From assembly GCA_963702845.1 (NCBI GenBank), contig OY969763.1, forward strand, positions 256,001 to 320,000: 64,000 bases of DNA. The letters run 5' to 3'. This DNA comes from an uncultured Verrucomicrobiae bacterium. GTDB lineage: Bacteria; Verrucomicrobiota; Verrucomicrobiia; Limisphaerales; Palsa-1400. How positions within the stretch are numbered: the first letter of the stretch is position 1; every line of letters starts with the position of its first letter. This document shows positions 60,892-64,000 of the stretch, in pieces. The notes beneath the pieces are model-generated. The model was not told the origin of the DNA, did not search any database, and saw only the letters and a program-made list of their open reading frames with translations. The translations under genes were made by a program, and so were the position numbers.

Positions 60892-62040
60892 GTGCCGTTA
60901 ATGGCTACAATCGTTATCGCTGCCGATCTTTGCCCGATCGGAAATAATCGCCCTCTTTTCGAGACGGGTGATGCCAGAGCCCTGTTCAACGATCTGCTCG
61001 GCGAACTCGAGAATGCGGATCTCTCCATCGCAAACCTCGAATGTCCGCTGATCGAAAAAGAATCTCCAATAGCAAAAACCGGTCCGACCTTCGGCGCGCC
61101 TCCGAGCTGTATCGACGCGATCAAAAACGGCGGCATTGATCTTCTGTGCCTTGCCAATAATCACATTCTTGACCACGGTGCCGAAGGTCTGATGACGACG
61201 TTGCATGCCTGTAGTGGTGCTGGCGTTTCGGTTGTCGGCGCGGGTCGGAACCTGGTTGAAGCTCAGCAGTTGTTCATTCGCGACATCGACGGTGTTCGCG
61301 TCGCAGTCATCGCCATGGCTGAACACGAATTCTCCATTGCCGGTTCCGACACTGCTGGCGCTAATCCGCTCGACTTGATCGACTTTGTCAGGACCGTCCA
61401 AGCGAAACGAAATCAGTTCGATTTCCTGATCGTGCTGCTTCACGGCGGGGACGAATTCCACGTGCCCAGTCCAGGCTTGCGCAAAACCTGTCATTTTCTC
61501 GCTGAAATGGGTGCCAACGCCATCATCGTCCAGCATTCCCATTGCTTGGGTGGAATCGAAGAATATCAAGGTTCTCATATCGTTTATGGTCAGGGCGCTC
61601 TCGTCATGGACGAAGAACTTTACCGTTCTCGCGCGTCCTTCCACGAAGGTTTTCTGGTTAAGTTCCGTGTCGCGCGTTCGCAAAATCCTGCGCAAGCCGT
61701 TTCACATACGCTCGAGATTATCCCTTTTCACCAGTCAGACCCGGAGATCGGCGCGCATCGGTTGACCGGTGAACGTGAACGCGTTCTACGTCAATCGCTT
61801 GAACAAAAATCCAAAATGGTGTGCGACGATGCTTCCGTCGAAGCACAGTGGCTGCGCTTTTGTGAGGCACGAAAAAACAGTTATTTGAGCAGTCTTCTTG
61901 GACATGGCCGTTTTCTCCGTCGCTTAAATTTTAGAGGTTGGCTGACAAAGCTTTACGGCCGAAGGCTCCTCGGGGCACGCAATGTTGCTATCTGTGAGAC
62001 ACATCGTGAAGTTCTCGAAACAATCATGCGCCGCAAATAA
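60892..62040 (+). CDS. CapA/PGA_cap family metallophosphoesterase-like protein (no TM anchor)
   Basis: ADL, IANLECPL, LANNHILDHG..GL..T, LHGG.E, HSH, YGQG. Confidence 0.88.
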   Translation: MPLMATIVIAADLCPIGNNRPLFETGDARALFNDLLGELENADLSIANLECPLIEKESPIAKTGPTFGAPPSCIDAIKNGGIDLLCLANNHILDHGAEGLMTTLHACSGAGVSVVGAGRNLVEAQQLFIRDIDGVRVAVIAMAEHEFSIAGSDTAGANPLDLIDFVRTVQAKRNQFDFLIVLLHGGDEFHVPSPGLRKTCHFLAEMGANAIIVQHSHCLGGIEEYQGSHIVYGQGALVMDEELYRSRASFHEGFLVKFRVARSQNPAQAVSHTLEIIPFHQSDPEIGAHRLTGERERVLRQSLEQKSKMVCDDASVEAQWLRFCEARKNSYLSSLLGHGRFLRRLNFRGWLTKLYGRRLLGARNVAICETHREVLETIMRRK

Positions 62041-62157
62041 TGCTCTTGGTCCAAAACGACCGTGCTAAACGAAAATTGTAACACCCCCTCTCCGCGTTCT
62101 CGTCCGTCGTTGAAAGAGAAGATGCGCGAAAGCAGTCATCCGCGGCAAAGCAATAAC

Positions 62158-62859
62158 ATGCTGGAAACGACACCGCGCACTCACAGCACTCGTGCTTGCT
62201 TCGGTTTGTTAATGCGTCAGGAGCGTTGGGGATTTTCAGGGCGTGGACGACTGATTCTCGTGATTCTTTTCGTCGCCGGATTCATCGCAGCCGTTCTGCG
62301 CGTGCATCCGTTTTTAGCCGTCACTCAACGGACTGATACAGACATTCTGGTTGTGGAAGGTTGGATAAACCAGTTTACCACACGCACTGCGGCAAAGGAG
62401 TTCAACACCGGTTCGTACCATCGCCTGTTTACTACTGGCGGCCCGGTTAAGGGCAGTGGTGGTTACATCAATGATCAAGAAACCGTCGCCAGTGTGACCG
62501 CTGGTTTCTTGCGCCAGGCGGGAGTTCGCACGGATGCCGTGCAGATGGTGCCCTCTCACGTCATCGGTCGTGATCGTACTTACAGCTCCGCCGTGGCGTT
62601 GCGCGACTGGTTCCGTGATCATAATATGTCCGTGCGCAATTTTAACGTGCTGACCGAGGACGCGCACGCGCGACGAACCCGGATGCTGTTTCAGGAAGCG
62701 TTCGGCAAGGATGTCAAAGTGGGAATCATATCTGTGCCCAGCCCCGATTACGATGCGGCCCACTGGTGGCGTTATAGCGAGGGCGTCCGGGAGGTCCTCG
62801 ATGAGACGATCGCGTACATTTACGCAAAGTTTTTCTTTTGGCCTGAGACTCCTCACTAA
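62158..62859 (+). CDS. YdcF/ElyC/SanA (DUF218) family protein
   Basis: TM anchor; LVVEGW, TTGG, RT...A, T...HARR, W......EV..E. Start uncertain (62062-62212). Confidence 0.8.
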   Translation: MLETTPRTHSTRACFGLLMRQERWGFSGRGRLILVILFVAGFIAAVLRVHPFLAVTQRTDTDILVVEGWINQFTTRTAAKEFNTGSYHRLFTTGGPVKGSGGYINDQETVASVTAGFLRQAGVRTDAVQMVPSHVIGRDRTYSSAVALRDWFRDHNMSVRNFNVLTEDAHARRTRMLFQEAFGKDVKVGIISVPSPDYDAAHWWRYSEGVREVLDETIAYIYAKFFFWPETPH

Positions 62860-62902
62860 ATGCCGTTCAATTTCTAGCTTCCGACTCGTAGCTCCCACTG
62901 CT

Positions 62903-62988
62903 GGCTCCGTAGGTTTTTTTGGCCCTCGACCTTCGACAATCGACTCTCGACCGCTGTCCCTTTCGCATGTTTCGCGTATTTCGCGGTT
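62903..62988 (-). repeat. GTCGA heptamer repeat (copy 2, inverted) plus TTTCGC nonamer x3
   Basis: TCGAC at 62926/62933/62940/62947; TTTCGC at 62961/62970/62979. Confidence 0.7.
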
Positions 62989-63365
62989 AACACGTTTTGT
63001 TTTCCACCTTGAATTTGCCCATTCGAATTTTACTTGAAAATCTTTCCAGAAATTCGCATTCTTTCTCTGTCAATCAACTCTGCGGTGCAGGGTGGGGTTG
63101 ACCGGCCAACTCATTCCGGTGGAATGCCAGCGCCCCCGCCACTTCGGGCCTTTCTCGGTGAGAGAGGGTTTTAAGCGATGCGCCAGAGCGCGACGCTCAT
63201 ATACTCATATATCTCAAAGAATCCTAAGAATCCGTCAGCGAACTGTTGTCGTTCGCTGACATAACGTGCCGGCGTTTGTCCCGGTTGGAAAGGTCCGTAT
63301 TATGGAAATCCAGGAAATAAACTGCGCCGCTGGACGTTCCGGTCAGTGGCTAAAACTCCGCAAGT

Positions 63366-63890
63366 GGTCAAATTCGGTAAAGAAACGGTAAACTTTACCG
63401 GTCGTGAATCCGGCAGAGGTAAAACTTCGGTAAAGAAAAGGTAAACTTTTGCCGCCTTTCGTAAAATGAACGCGGTCCAAACGAAAAAACGTACAGAAAA
63501 TGTACAGAAAAGTTCAGTTTTCGATCCACGCCTGAAAAACCGTGAAAAAGGTAACCGGAGGTAATCAGAAGTAATCGGAGGTAATCTCATGATGCAATCT
63601 CACGGTCACGTTTGGTCATCTTTGGTCATCGGAGGTAATCTCATTATGCCGCAATTCGAAATCCGCAACGGGTATGAAACTGCACCGTTTCTGCATCATT
63701 TCTGCCTCGCTTTCCCTAATATTACCGGTTTCCAAAGTGCCAATACTCCGCCTTATGACCGCGTTCAAACCCGAAAAAATCTTTTCAATGACCTGAAATG
63801 ACTTTTAATGACCTTTAGCGACGTTTCACGGTCCGAAATCCGCAATCCTGTGCCGGCGGTAAAGTTCGGTAAAGAAACGGTAAACTTTTT
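63366..63890. repeat. Tract of multiple short motifs repeated at 10-11-bp pitch, including a 24-bp direct repeat x3
   Basis: TTCGGTAAAGAAA(C/A)GGTAAACTTT at 63373/63426/63865; GTAAYC x4; GGTCA x3; AATGAC x3; GTWCAG x3; CTGC x3. Confidence 0.85.
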
Positions 63891-64000
63891 ACCAGGTAGG
63901 GCGTGCTCTCCGAGCGCGCCGCGGTCAATTGTTTTGGAGTTTGAGATTTGGTGCTTCTCGGTTCGTGGCAGCGACCTCGCAACCAATTTGTTCATTTGTC
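63765..64000 (-). CDS. Possible 3' end of a gene entering from beyond the window edge
   Basis: The frame of ORF 63765-63995 is open to the edge. It reads through the REP (RGALGEHALP) and the phased repeats, as the gp27-like gene does. Confidence 0.3.
   Translation of the reverse strand, partial: QMNKLVARSLPRTEKHQISNSKTIDRGALGEHALPGKKFTVSLPNFTAGTGLRISDRETSLKVIKSHFRSLKRFFRV
63896..63921 (+). repeat. GTAG-type REP-like palindrome
   Basis: GTAG-GGCGTGCTC-TCC-GAGCGCGCC. Confidence 0.6.

Noticed and set aside
5914..61695. Long antisense ORFs (e.g. 5914-7239, 28148-29440, 29741-30673, 57458-58309, 60898-61695)
   Set aside because: These are shadows of well-supported genes on the opposite strand in GC-rich DNA.
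63081..63141. tRNA gene ending CCGCCA
   Set aside because: There is no GTTCRA T-loop, the acceptor stem is poor and the length is too short; kept only as an sRNA candidate.
63366..63890. 24-bp repeats as a CRISPR array
   Set aside because: Spacing is irregular (53 and 439 bp), the repeats are non-palindromic with internal 10-11-bp periodicity, and there are no cas genes.

Overview
This is a 64-kb bacterial chromosomal window, most likely from Verrucomicrobiota (Pedosphaera/Limisphaerales-like). That assignment rests on DUF5069, autotransporter-strand/PA14/YDG surface proteins with an 'FYRL' tail, and the REP-like repeats. Several genes carry single-base indels in homopolymer runs, probably long-read errors. 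Left part (1-17 kb): an ABC transporter, a ~1300-aa surface protein, two GH42-like hydrolases, a lytic transglycosylase, a TMTC-like GT-C/TPR protein, and AI-2E and MMPL transporters. Middle part (17-26 kb): an orphan Mu-gp27/DUF3486-like gene with helically phased micro-repeats, a decayed integron-cassette-like array ending in an Imm53-like immunity gene, a PAS histidine kinase with a receiver protein, a ~450-nt highly base-paired intergenic region (candidate ncRNA), DoxX and DUF5069. Right part (26.3-62.9 kb): one co-oriented ~36-kb Wzx/Wzy exopolysaccharide locus led by a NusG/RfaH paralog. It unusually combines a lone EctB-type diaminobutyrate aminotransferase, two Cys-less asparagine-synthetase-like amidoligases, FemAB/GNAT proteins, a CapA-family protein, a kinase-dead Wzc and three modular secreted beta-helix/LamG proteins. 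The last kilobase is a tract of many different short motifs, most repeated 3-4 times at 10-11-bp pitch. Best candidates for undescribed systems: (i) the gp27-like gene plus phased-repeat tracts bracketing the EPS locus, (ii) a diaminobutyrate-amidated or cross-linked exopolysaccharide pathway, (iii) the structured RNA at 23.6-24.1 kb. All family calls come from motif recognition by eye; no searches were run.
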